A stretch of DNA of 48,109 nt from Spizellomyces punctatus DAOM BR117 (lineage: Eukaryota), in the NCBI GenBank assembly GCA_000182565.2, contig KQ257452.1; one strand, 5' to 3'. The position numbers and the translations under genes are program-made. Every line of letters starts with the position of its first letter. The first letter of the stretch is position 1. The notes beneath the pieces are model-generated. The model saw nothing but the letters and a program-made list of their open reading frames with translations. It was not told the origin of the DNA and did not search any database. This document shows, piece after piece, positions 23,514 to 33,742 of this stretch.

Positions 23514-26462
23514 ATGGCTCAGCAATTTAGAATGGTAAAATGGCTCGGCATCACATGGTTAGGCAACCTCGAAATACCTGGTGTCCAAAAGGCTACTGGC
23601 GCTCAGGATAAAGTTCTCGCAGAACTGCCACCGGATAAGGTGCCCCTTTGGTGTCACCATCCTAAAAAAGGACGTCTATGGGGCACAGCCACGACGGAGC
23701 AACTTATAGAGATCACAGCCACCAATCATTACATATATGAGATTCTTGTATTCGCCCCTTATCGTCACCACAAAGTCTACTTTGACATTGACCCCCCTAA
23801 ACAGAAGAAAGGTGAAGAAGAGGGTACACCCATCTCCTTGAATGATGCTAAGAGTATTATTTTGCAGTATTTTCCGCATGCGCGCTTTCAGATTTCTGGT
23901 CATGAAGGTTCCTGGCACATCATCCTGTCTAACTACTATGCGGGAAATCTGGAATCTACCGCAGTCCTCCAACAGATCGCCAGGAAACACGGCTGGGATG
24001 TTAGTGTATACTACAGGAACAGCAATTTCAAGTGTATCAACCAAAGCAAACCCGGTCAGGCAGTGCAGGACTACATCGAGGGTAACACCGCGAGGAGCAA
24101 GCACTTTATCCTCCATGACTTTGACGAAGATGCAATCGACATCAGCACCATGACCTTTGACCTGGGCGAACTTCCTGCCGTCACATCTCTGAGGAAGAAA
24201 AATGCCGCAGGTCGAACTCAATCTCAGAGCATCGACATCCTCTCCATCCCCCAACTTGATTTACCCGTACCCGACAACTATGACCCTAAGAACAACCTTC
24301 AAAAACTCAGCATGTTGCCAAATCCTCCCAGGGGAAGTCCCGGAACCCTTGATCACCACACTTGCTGGAAAGTCATGTGTTGGTGTCGGCAAGTAGGGAT
24401 TGAATTCCCTAAGTTCTGGGCATGGAACAAGCAGAAAGACCTTTCTCCCGCTCGGATGCAAAAGTTCTACCAGGCTTGGAACTCTGCAACACGGTACAAC
24501 GTATCACCTAAGTTTATGGATACGCTGCTGGAACGCTTCTACCCGGACATCAACGTTTCAGTCGTGACGAAGAAGTTCCAGCGCCAGTTTGACATTCCAG
24601 AGTTGCACAAAGTTGATCATGACTATTTTGAAGATACCGATATTGCACCTCCCATATACATTCCCGATGGGGTAGGTAATCCTTTCGGTTGGAATGTAAT
24701 CTTGAATCAAGCGGCCAAAAAATTTACCCTGTTAGGCGGAGGTATGGGGAGGAACAAAACGGGGGCTGTTGCTAGATACATCAGGAGGTACGGTCAGAAT
24801 CTGCGAACCCTATGGATATGCCCCCGTATTACTTTAGCAGAAAACACTGTAGGCAGGCTTGCGGAGGAATGCTTAGATTTCCTGTGTTATCGTACATGCA
24901 ACACCTTGCAGAAGATCGAAGGCAAGATGGATGATTCTCAGAACGTCATCTGTAGCATTCAGTCTCTGCATTATCTCACCGAAATCTTCGACATCGTAGT
25001 CGTGGATGAACCGGAAACCGTCTTCACCTCATACTTCGGCAATGCCGAAACCCACCAAGCAAACCTCTGGAAGAACTGGGAACAGTTCATCGCCTTCTGC
25101 CAGATGGCAAAAAAGGTCATCTTCATGGATGCCTTCACGACGAATCTTTCCTTGAATGTTGTCAAGGGAATCATAGAGAACGGCTGGGAGAGGCAGGAAT
25201 ACGAAGTCCTCGATACTTCCTTGCCTCCCTTACCCCGCAAGTTCGTAGAGATCAAACTTTACGCGGATTGGATCTGCTCTGCTCTGCGTGATCTCAAGGA
25301 GGGCAAAAAATTGTATATTTTCACTCCTTTCAAACGAGGTAAGCAAGGTGTTGATGCCATCCTTAAAACCATCTTGAAAACATTTCCTGACTGGGAAGAA
25401 GGAACTGACATCTTCGCTTACTATGCCGAAAACGAAGCAGAAAAGAAAAGGCTGAGTAATGTCGAAACCATTTGGGAGCGGTGCCGAGTTGTCATCACAA
25501 ATGTGTCCATTTCGGTTGGTGTCAACTTCAACAAAAAGGATGTCTTCGACCGCATCTACGGATATTACTCACCCTTCATTCCTGTGCGAGACTTTATACA
25601 ATCCCTCCACCGCGTCCGTCACCCAAAGGATTCCACCATGTTGCTCCACCGGGACTTCAGGCGATCTTTTGGCATATGCAACAATCGGAGGCCAGCCGAA
25701 ATGCCTGATTGCCTCATCTTTCGTCAGATGGTGTCCGACTTAGAAATCGAATACAATGCTAACAATAACACTAAAAAATGGGAGACATTCAACATGTTCT
25801 GCCGCAAGGCTGGCATCGAGATACATCCCGTTTCTACTGAAGCCGGACTGGAGAACAATCAGGAATATCTGAAAAGTTTCCCCTCAAAGAAAGACCTTGC
25901 GTTCTACTGGGGCAACATAGCAGACATCGAGTCCCACCAGGCGGAACAGTATCTTTACATGAGTTATCGCAACGATGCCTCCCTGGAGCAATGCCTTCAG
26001 TTGGCAAAGTATTTTTTCAAGAAGCGGTTCTCCGAGGATACTGAGGATGACATTATGGCAGAAGTGTGGAGTGCTAAGCCCGACTTTATCGACAAGGTTA
26101 TAGAACTCAGATCGAATCCCTCGCATATCATCAACCGCGTGTTTACCGAAAACGGGGTGACACTGGGCGATGGTACTCCCTTACCTAACCAGATGCAGAC
26201 TTCGATACCGGTGGAGGAAATCAAAACTCAGTTCAAGTTCGACAGACGCAGGGAGGAAGGAACAGGCTTAGTGGCACAGATGATCAATGCATACTTTGGG
26301 ATGAAAGCCTATTACCAAAAAGACAGCAAGAGGAAGCAGAAGCAAAATGAGAACAAGAGGAAACGCGAGCGCCTACATGAAACCAGCCAGACATTCATTG
26401 ACTTAGCGGAAGTGTGTGTAGCGTATCATAACAAATGGTTATGCATGGAACCAGAGGGATGA
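23514..26462 (+). CDS. AEP primase(-polymerase) + PriCT-2 + UL9/origin-binding-like SF2 helicase fusion
   Basis: AEP motifs VYFDID, SWHII, DVSVY; W-rich PriCT-like WKV..FWAWNKQ; helicase GGMGRNKT, VVVDEPE, MDAF, SISVGVNF, QSLHRVR. Confidence 0.85.
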   Translation: MAQQFRMVKWLGITWLGNLEIPGVQKATGAQDKVLAELPPDKVPLWCHHPKKGRLWGTATTEQLIEITATNHYIYEILVFAPYRHHKVYFDIDPPKQKKGEEEGTPISLNDAKSIILQYFPHARFQISGHEGSWHIILSNYYAGNLESTAVLQQIARKHGWDVSVYYRNSNFKCINQSKPGQAVQDYIEGNTARSKHFILHDFDEDAIDISTMTFDLGELPAVTSLRKKNAAGRTQSQSIDILSIPQLDLPVPDNYDPKNNLQKLSMLPNPPRGSPGTLDHHTCWKVMCWCRQVGIEFPKFWAWNKQKDLSPARMQKFYQAWNSATRYNVSPKFMDTLLERFYPDINVSVVTKKFQRQFDIPELHKVDHDYFEDTDIAPPIYIPDGVGNPFGWNVILNQAAKKFTLLGGGMGRNKTGAVARYIRRYGQNLRTLWICPRITLAENTVGRLAEECLDFLCYRTCNTLQKIEGKMDDSQNVICSIQSLHYLTEIFDIVVVDEPETVFTSYFGNAETHQANLWKNWEQFIAFCQMAKKVIFMDAFTTNLSLNVVKGIIENGWERQEYEVLDTSLPPLPRKFVEIKLYADWICSALRDLKEGKKLYIFTPFKRGKQGVDAILKTILKTFPDWEEGTDIFAYYAENEAEKKRLSNVETIWERCRVVITNVSISVGVNFNKKDVFDRIYGYYSPFIPVRDFIQSLHRVRHPKDSTMLLHRDFRRSFGICNNRRPAEMPDCLIFRQMVSDLEIEYNANNNTKKWETFNMFCRKAGIEIHPVSTEAGLENNQEYLKSFPSKKDLAFYWGNIADIESHQAEQYLYMSYRNDASLEQCLQLAKYFFKKRFSEDTEDDIMAEVWSAKPDFIDKVIELRSNPSHIINRVFTENGVTLGDGTPLPNQMQTSIPVEEIKTQFKFDRRREEGTGLVAQMINAYFGMKAYYQKDSKRKQKQNENKRKRERLHETSQTFIDLAEVCVAYHNKWLCMEPEG

Positions 26463-26494
26463 ATGTAGTAAAGGTTATAAATACATTTTTTTGT

Positions 26495-26682
26495 GCAGTG
26501 AACCACTGCTATCTGGGTGGCGAGGGTAAATGACCCCGATCTCGGGTTCTATGTATAACATACAAGTTGACTTCGGGGTCATTTACCCTCACCCTACACA
26601 ACCCCATAATCAAGCAGGTAGCTTGTCGTTATCTAAGGAAGCTAGGAGAGAACCGCCAACCCACGCCAGACATTTTCACTGC
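26495..26682 (+). repeat. ~190-bp nested-palindrome repeat, copy 2
   Basis: Perfect 18-bp arms gagggtaaatgaccccga / tcggggtcatttaccctc around tatgtataacata. Confidence 0.93.
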
Positions 26683-27039
26683 GTTGTTAAGGTGTCACTC
26701 AGAATCAGAATCATCTTGACGCATGAAGCGATCAATGGCTTCTGCTAACTTCTGTTCCTTGTACTTGATGTAGCAACGTAAACATCTGATATGTCGAGCC
26801 ACCCAAGGTATCACCTCTAAGCAGTCACGACATGGTCTTTCTCTGGGATTTCCGGACATGTTGTATATTGACATTAAATCAGCTTTTAAATGTGACGTCT
26901 TTCGTTCCAGATAGAGGACAACATTTAGTATAATAACAGCTACATGTAGAGCTGCTTATGTAAAGACCCCTAAAAATCCGTGCATCGGTGCACAAAAAGC
27001 TAAACACATTCTCCGCTCAATACACTAACTCCTCATGCC

Positions 27040-29169
27040 ATGGACGCATTAACAACTCAGGAACAGCGTGTGAAGGCGACATGGTTCATCATCTGTCCAG
27101 ATGTGGACAATACATTCTTCGAAACGGCAAAAGCAATGCACCAAATCCTGACCGGAAAGTTGTATAAAGTACGTTACAAAACTTCAGATACATACCTGTA
27201 CGAACGCTGGAATATTGCAAGACGGACAGGATACAATTTTTCCACTGCGGGCAAAGTCATCATCGAGCTGGAGAAAACAGTATCTCAAGAGGACATGCCT
27301 ACAACACTTGGCACCATCTTGATGATAGAGAAGCTGTCAAAGGAAAACAGGCTACCATACGAGGAAGTCTGGCATAAAACCATCCAATTTTTCGGACGAC
27401 GACAAGATGTGGTGGCAGTCCAGATGCGCAACGCACTAGAAGAAAGCCAGCGCGGAGCATGTCAATTAGAAGAAGAGGAGTGCCAATCGGACGATCGTAT
27501 TGATTCAGCAGTTGTCATAGATTCAGCAATAGACCCTAGCGGTGATGCTTCTGTAGTAGAAGGAGGGGAGAATGGATGGAGTAGACGATTAAGAAAAAGA
27601 ACTAGAGACGCAATAACCGATTCCTCCTCGTCGGAATCCGAAGCAGATACAGCACCCGAAGAGCGCTTGCTAAAGCTGTCTTCGACTTACGAGCATGAAT
27701 ACCTAACTCCGCAGTGGTTATGGGAGAAGGTGTACCAATTAACAAATGGAATTGATCTCGATCCCTGTTGGCACGTAGAGTCAGTGGTGCGGGCAAAGAA
27801 AACATATGGGATGCAGCTAGATGGCTCCTTCATAAACGCTCTTCATTTAGAAAAATGGGACTCGGGCGAGTGGGTATGGTTGAACCCCCCAGGACATGCC
27901 CTTTTTCCTTCGCACCTCGGGCACCCAGACAACATAAATCTTCATGGACAGTTTTGGAATAAGGTGTTTCTTGAGATGTCGAAGGGACACATTGAGCGGA
28001 TCTGTGCCATCGTCCCTAATGTTGGATCTTCAACATGGCTAGCAACACTATTCAAAGAAGGCCTCATCTGCTTTCTTCACAAAAGAATAGATTGGGTGCT
28101 GTCATTAGCAGCTAAGGAGAGGAGGATGAAAAATCCGAAAACCGCCCGTGATCTCTTTCCTCGACTCATAGTTTACCTCGACAGCGACCCCACCTACCCA
28201 TACCAACAGAGATTCGCAGAGATCTTTAGTGATGTAGGATTCATTCCCGGCTATAATCTGAGGATGTGGAAACAACCGCAGCCGTTGAGGCACATCCGTT
28301 ATCTCAGTGTATGCTCTGGTATTGGTGTTGGCGAACTTGCTCTTCAACATGTCCTTCCCAGCGCGGAATGTGTAGGATATTTCGAAGTCGACAAAGACGC
28401 TTTAGCCGTGTATCAACATCACTTTCCTAATCATACGAACTTTGGGGATGTCACTAAAGCAGATGTTGGGAAATTGCCGGACTTTGACCTTCTTATAGGT
28501 GGCATCCCTTGTCAGCCGTTTTCGACAATGGTTTCTAATCATCACATCCGGAAGAACCATGATGATCCAAGGGCTGAACCTTTTAAACACTATGTTCATA
28601 TTCTCAAAGCGAAGAAGCCCCGTTGGTTTCTTATGGAGTGTGTGAGTTACATGGAAAAAGAAACGGAGCAACGGATTAGTCGAGAGATTGGAGTGTTGCC
28701 AGTAGCGATTGACAGCGGTAATTTTGCAGCACAATCAAGAAGACGGAATTATTGGGCAAACTGGTATATTCCCCAACCGATACGAAGTAAAGGTATTAAA
28801 CTGGAAGATATTGTTGAAAGATCTGTTCCACCGAATCCAGCAATCAAGAGGAAAGAATTGAAAGAATTCCACCCTCCGCTCGACACAGTCTCTTGTTTGA
28901 TACGCCCGATGGAAAACGGCAAAAAAACGGGGACAGTCTCGTTAAGAACCGATGGAAAATCAAACTGCTTGTTGACTACAGATTCTTATCAAAGCACATT
29001 AGTGATTAGTGGGGGTTTTCGGTTCTTGACGCACTTAGAACGTGAAAGGTTACAGGGGCTTCCGGATAATTATACGTCGATGGTTAGCTCTAACAAAGCA
29101 AGGCTGAGAATAGTTGGAAATAGTTTCAACTTGCCGACGATCGAGTACATTTTACAGCAGATGATGTGA
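27040..29169 (+). CDS. Fused DNA methyltransferase: phage Dam-type N6-adenine domain plus C5-cytosine domain
   Basis: YLTPQW..IDLDPC..W..WLNPPG (Dam-like; NPPY altered), then SVCSGIG, FEVD, GDV, GGIPCQPFS, MECV, QSRRR, ERLQGLP, GNS (C5 motifs I-X). Confidence 0.88.
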   Translation: MDALTTQEQRVKATWFIICPDVDNTFFETAKAMHQILTGKLYKVRYKTSDTYLYERWNIARRTGYNFSTAGKVIIELEKTVSQEDMPTTLGTILMIEKLSKENRLPYEEVWHKTIQFFGRRQDVVAVQMRNALEESQRGACQLEEEECQSDDRIDSAVVIDSAIDPSGDASVVEGGENGWSRRLRKRTRDAITDSSSSESEADTAPEERLLKLSSTYEHEYLTPQWLWEKVYQLTNGIDLDPCWHVESVVRAKKTYGMQLDGSFINALHLEKWDSGEWVWLNPPGHALFPSHLGHPDNINLHGQFWNKVFLEMSKGHIERICAIVPNVGSSTWLATLFKEGLICFLHKRIDWVLSLAAKERRMKNPKTARDLFPRLIVYLDSDPTYPYQQRFAEIFSDVGFIPGYNLRMWKQPQPLRHIRYLSVCSGIGVGELALQHVLPSAECVGYFEVDKDALAVYQHHFPNHTNFGDVTKADVGKLPDFDLLIGGIPCQPFSTMVSNHHIRKNHDDPRAEPFKHYVHILKAKKPRWFLMECVSYMEKETEQRISREIGVLPVAIDSGNFAAQSRRRNYWANWYIPQPIRSKGIKLEDIVERSVPPNPAIKRKELKEFHPPLDTVSCLIRPMENGKKTGTVSLRTDGKSNCLLTTDSYQSTLVISGGFRFLTHLERERLQGLPDNYTSMVSSNKARLRIVGNSFNLPTIEYILQQMM

Positions 29170-29263
29170 TAGATGGAGAAAATCTATCGATAAAACATGA
29201 AATAAAATGTCTATATAAGAGGTAAACCGGCTTCTATTCTTAGAATACAGATCAGCCCTGAAA

Positions 29264-30265
29264 ATGCAACAAGACCCCCAACCTATTGATGCCGAGTCGG
29301 CTCTATATGAAACGCTACATGCCATCCTTGACAGGATTCAGCAGTCACCCAACACCAAGAAACAGGATAAATCGCGTCTAAATCAACTCAAAGGCAACAA
29401 TCTTCTTTCCTTGTTCCAAACACCTGAGATACTCATTAGCAGGATCAAGGAAAAATGGACAAACGAGCATACATATTACAATTATATCAAATTGGTGTCA
29501 AAAATAGCACGCAATGCTACGAGGGCTGAAAAGGCAATGATCCTTCATCTAGCAGAGGATGCAATGGACGACCTTGATAGTCATTTTACAGACACATTCC
29601 ACTCTCACTTCAAGAATGTGACATTCGAAAGGTTCAAACAGTCAAAAAATGAAGCAGCATCCCAAGAGATGACCCAGGAAGATATCACCAATTATGTCCC
29701 TTACAGCGAACTCTTAGCAGGATTGAAAGTCGCTTTGACATTCATCAATGAGGGAAATATAGTGGAGCATCAATTTCTAATTGCTCTTGGGATGAACCTG
29801 GATGCAGATAAAATTCGTAGATGCGATATTTTCAAAGCGATGATTAGTGAAGACGCTAATGTTACGGTGAACAACGAAGGGAAAACTGTCTTCATCCGAA
29901 AATGCAATAAGACTGGTGAAAAGAATGTCCTCATTCAGATGGGAAACACCATTCAACCATACGTTAACATGTTAGCAAATGTCAGAAAGGGCAATGGACA
30001 GGATCGTCTTTTTCTAAAACCTGATGGAAGTATTCCAACCGATGCCTGGTATAGCGACGAATTTAGTAATGCTATGGAACGAATGTTTGGAAAGCGTGTA
30101 ACACAGAAACGCCTTCGAATTTCAGTGGGGATGCATCTTTCTGAAAGGGATAATGGAGATCACGCTTATCAGAAGGAAATCGAACGTAGGATGGGTCATA
30201 CCTATGCTGTTCATCAGCGCTATTACAATCTGTTCAAGTCATTTGTAGAACAGCCTAGGAATTAG
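29264..30265 (+). CDS. Tyrosine recombinase (PLV/NCLDV type)
   Basis: IRRCD (Arg I), NKT (Lys), KRLR (HxxR equivalent), RRMGHTYAVHQRYY (His and catalytic Tyr). Confidence 0.8.
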   Translation: MQQDPQPIDAESALYETLHAILDRIQQSPNTKKQDKSRLNQLKGNNLLSLFQTPEILISRIKEKWTNEHTYYNYIKLVSKIARNATRAEKAMILHLAEDAMDDLDSHFTDTFHSHFKNVTFERFKQSKNEAASQEMTQEDITNYVPYSELLAGLKVALTFINEGNIVEHQFLIALGMNLDADKIRRCDIFKAMISEDANVTVNNEGKTVFIRKCNKTGEKNVLIQMGNTIQPYVNMLANVRKGNGQDRLFLKPDGSIPTDAWYSDEFSNAMERMFGKRVTQKRLRISVGMHLSERDNGDHAYQKEIERRMGHTYAVHQRYYNLFKSFVEQPRN

Positions 30266-31494
30266 TGACTATTTTCATAATCGTTTACTGCATCTCTTGC
30301 ATTACGTATAAGTTCACTTCTCGGCTCCCAAGTTGACTGATCACGGTCATATCCTCTCCATAATACTTCATATTCTACTACTTGTCTTCCACCAACTCGA
30401 CGTGTTCTTTTATCTAACAATGCTTCAACTTCATACTCACCTTCTGGTACTTCCTCTTCATCGTCTTCAATCTCAGGTTCAACTTGCGGAGCCTCCCCAG
30501 CGGCATCCTCTTTAGGAATTAGACGCAATTGCCAAGCCGGATATAGACCTGGCAGTATGTGATTAGTATTGACAGATTTGATTTTATAAGAGTTCATGTA
30601 GTTAGGGTGAGGATTAGGAACAACGGCTGTTATCTCATACTTCTCTTCAGAAAAGTAACCCATTTTAGCACGCCTTTTTATATCCGTCCCTTGACCTGAT
30701 ATGTACTTTCTGACAACATCACCTACATTGAATGGAGGTAGTACCTTCACACCCTTTCCTTTAGTCCTAAGCGCACGTTGGGCTTGAGCCGCTCCTTGAA
30801 CATCTGCCTCCATCTCTTGTACCATCCGAAGTTTCTTACCACTGCCAAAACTTACTGTGGAATTAATGTTCTCTACAATCTGTGGCAACATACTCACCCA
30901 GTCTCTATTTCCTAAACGCATCCCCATGAATAGCGCTCGCTTTATCGTGCCATTCATCCTTTCTACCTGTCCATTGGTTTGAGGGCTTCCTGCTTTCGAA
31001 TAACGCCATTCAATACCGTGTTCCTCTGCATACTGTGGAGTGATGCCTTGGTTTTCATTTCCATTATCTGATTGAATACCATGAATCTCGACACCATCCT
31101 CGATGAGATCTTTTAGAAAATTGACAACACTCTGTTGTCTTGTATCTTTCAACGCTTTCGCATAAACACATTTAGTTNNNNNNNNNNNNNNNNNNNNNNN
31201 NNNNNNNNNNNNNNNNNNNNNNNNNNNNNNNNNNNNNNNNNNNNNNNNNNNNNNNNNNNNNNNNNNNNNNNNNNNNNNNNNNNNNNNNNNNNNNNNNNNN
31301 NNNNNNNNNNNNNNNNNNNNCCTTCACCATGCTAACAAGGTCCTTTGGGAAATCTCGCTCTCTGGGTACTTTGCTTTGTAAAGCGCGTACAAACGATCTC
31401 TGCCCATGTAAGCATGCTCTCTATAGTAGAGCTGCTTTAAACGCTGCTCATCTTCTCGTGTTATATCTTTCCAGTTAGGCTTCCTTTCCTCCAT
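30262..31494 (-). CDS. Retroviral-type (rve, DDE) integrase with C-terminal chromodomain, interrupted by N gap
   Basis: IQSDNGNE, SPQTNGQVERMNGTIK, FNVGDVVR; chromodomain YEVEALLD..YEVLWRGY..STWEP; N-terminal LYY..MGRDRLY beyond gap 31178-31320. Likely ATG 31494. Confidence 0.9.
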
Positions 31495-31595
31495 CTTATC
31501 GATAAGATCAGCTTTAAAAACATGCCGGTAAAGCACGCTCCACGTGCGTTAACAGTGCTCTTCAAGCACCCGGTACGGAGTGCCAATGCCAGCAA

Positions 31596-32300
31596 CTAAA
31601 AGTAATCATGAAACCCGCTGGAGTCACAGTAACGATACATTCCTTTAGCATCACTAGCATCTCTATTGATGTAGGCAAACGAATAAGGTTCTTTGGTGCA
31701 CTCGGTGAGAAATGTTAGAACTTCTTTATCATCTTTGTAGGCGGAAGCAAGTAACTTTGCTAAAAGTTTCATGTCTTCTGCATTGTTTTTAAACACCACC
31801 CACTCGGTGGTGCAGTTCTTCATTTTACGTGAAAGTTGTCCGGTTACACTCTGGATGGCTACAATATTTCCTATATTGAAATGCCTCCCTTTTGTATAGA
31901 GTTTCGATAACTCCTTGTTGAGTTCTTTACTTTGCGCAGAATCACCAGCGTCGTCAATGAATAATAGAAGTGACTTCTCAGGCGTTTTCTTCTGTTCTTC
32001 TACAATTTTAGCGATGGATGCATTGGAAACCTCGTCTGTAAAGTAGATATTTTTATGTTTTGTGGTTTCAGCCAGTACCTTCACAGAAGCATCGTATTCG
32101 ACTGTGTCGGACATGATAATGACTCGATCGTGTAATTTAGCATAGACATCCTCAATCAGACCGCAGACTAATGCACTTTTACCACTTTTCCTCGGAGCGA
32201 CAAGAGTTGTACATAGAGGCAGTGATGCCAGGTCACGTGGAACACGAGGATCTCTCTTCTTTTTCCCTACGGGAAAGATTGGGCGTGGTTTATAGGACAT
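31596..32300 (-). CDS. A32-like FtsK/HerA genome-packaging ATPase
   Basis: Walker A APRKSGKS, Walker B LLFIDD, GRHFNIGNIVAIQ. Confidence 0.92.
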   Translation of the reverse strand: MSYKPRPIFPVGKKKRDPRVPRDLASLPLCTTLVAPRKSGKSALVCGLIEDVYAKLHDRVIIMSDTVEYDASVKVLAETTKHKNIYFTDEVSNASIAKIVEEQKKTPEKSLLLFIDDAGDSAQSKELNKELSKLYTKGRHFNIGNIVAIQSVTGQLSRKMKNCTTEWVVFKNNAEDMKLLAKLLASAYKDDKEVLTFLTECTKEPYSFAYINRDASDAKGMYRYCDSSGFHDYF

Positions 32301-32341
32301 TTAAATTTTCCTTTGTCTTTACATAAAGGTAAGGAAATATC

Positions 32342-33061
32342 ATGATTAACGAAGTGACATACTGCTCCTTAAAATCTCGATCATTCTCAATACCTCCTCG
32401 GAGGATGGAAATGATGAAGGTTCTCTCGGTTTCTTTCCTTCAAGATTGGGATCTGGTCAACGATTCTAATAACACGATTAATTTTGTTGAAGAAGGCGAT
32501 CCAACCATCTTATCTGCGAAAATACCTAATGGTAATTACAGCATCGCTAATTTTCCGAATGCCGTTGCTCAAGCGTTGAGTTCAGCCGGGACGCAAGCCT
32601 ACAATGCCACATACGACTCTGTTACGAGGAGATTGACACTTTCCACATCTGGTAGCAAGAACTTTAAGGTTCTTGCTGCTTCGAGAGGCACGACATCATA
32701 TCTTCTAACAGGAATGTCAAGATGGAGTGAAACGGGATATTACAAGACTATCACACTGAAGAATGCTGTCAATTTGTCCGGGTCATATCCAATGCTTGTC
32801 ACAAGCAACATCCAAGTCCAAGGAAGCCGTTTCCTCAGTGACTTCAATGATTCCGCCCAATCCGTAATTGCTGCGGTTGTCCCTGATAGTTTCGGCAATG
32901 TAGTCACGTGGACTAACGATGGTGGTGAATGGCTCCCTGTTGATGATACTATCTCCAAAATCGAATTCTATCTTATTGACTCGATGACCGGTTTGGAAGT
33001 TGCACTCAATAGTCCGTTAACCGTTCGGTTTGCATTTACAGATGATGTTGCGGATGTCTAA
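32342..33061 (+). CDS. Putative minor capsid (penton, single jelly-roll) protein
   Basis: VNDSNNTINF..IPNGNYS..L..AL..YDSVTRRL pattern typical of PLV/virophage mCPs; beta-rich; next to ATPase and MCP. Confidence 0.7.
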   Translation: MINEVTYCSLKSRSFSIPPRRMEMMKVLSVSFLQDWDLVNDSNNTINFVEEGDPTILSAKIPNGNYSIANFPNAVAQALSSAGTQAYNATYDSVTRRLTLSTSGSKNFKVLAASRGTTSYLLTGMSRWSETGYYKTITLKNAVNLSGSYPMLVTSNIQVQGSRFLSDFNDSAQSVIAAVVPDSFGNVVTWTNDGGEWLPVDDTISKIEFYLIDSMTGLEVALNSPLTVRFAFTDDVADV

Positions 33062-33088
33062 TTTTTTTTTTCTTAGAGTAAGAAAACA

Positions 33089-33670
33089 ATGGAAGAGCAA
33101 AATCAAAATCATCAAGAATCGAGTGCCGTTCCACAAGATAATGTAGAACCACCCGCTGAACAAGCACCTGTTCAAAAAGCAGAAATTATACCAGAACAGC
33201 CTCCAAAGCAAAAGGTGAAACGCCCGATGACGGACAAGCAACGGGCTGCATTGGAGAAGGCGCAGAAAGCGAGGGCTGAACAATTGCGCCTAATGCAAGC
33301 AAAACGCGAGAAGGAACGGAAGGAGCAGGATAAACAAAGGAGGATCGATGAGGCCAAACGCATCCTTGAAGAGGAGAAGGAACAGAAGCGGTTGGCGAGG
33401 GAAGAACGACGAAACACAAAGCGAGGAAAGAAGGCAACACCAACTAGGAGCAAGAGATCCAAACCAGCAGCAAAGGCGCAGCCAGCAGCAATACGTCCAT
33501 CTAAAAAAAAGAGCGTAATTTTGAAATTCGGTGATGATGAACCATTCTTTGACTCTAGACCATTNNNNNNNNNNNNNNNNNNNNNNNNNNNNNNNNNNNN
33601 NNNNNNNNNNNNNNNNNNNNNNNNNNNNNNNNNNNNNNNNNNNNNNNNNNNNNNNNNNNNNNNNTGTTGA
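33089..33670 (+). CDS. Basic coiled-coil protein (possible core/DNA-condensing protein); 3' end in N gap
   Basis: KRPMTDKQRAALEKAQKAR; K/R/E-rich. Confidence 0.6.
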   Translation: MEEQNQNHQESSAVPQDNVEPPAEQAPVQKAEIIPEQPPKQKVKRPMTDKQRAALEKAQKARAEQLRLMQAKREKERKEQDKQRRIDEAKRILEEEKEQKRLAREERRNTKRGKKATPTRSKRSKPAAKAQPAAIRPSKKKSVILKFGDDEPFFDSRPXXXXXXXXXXXXXXXXXXXXXXXXXXXXXXXXXXC

Positions 33671-33742
33671 GGAGGACAACTATGGTGGTATTTTTGGCTG
33701 AAAAATCTTCCATTTTTTTTTTCCTGCAATCAGTAAACAAAG

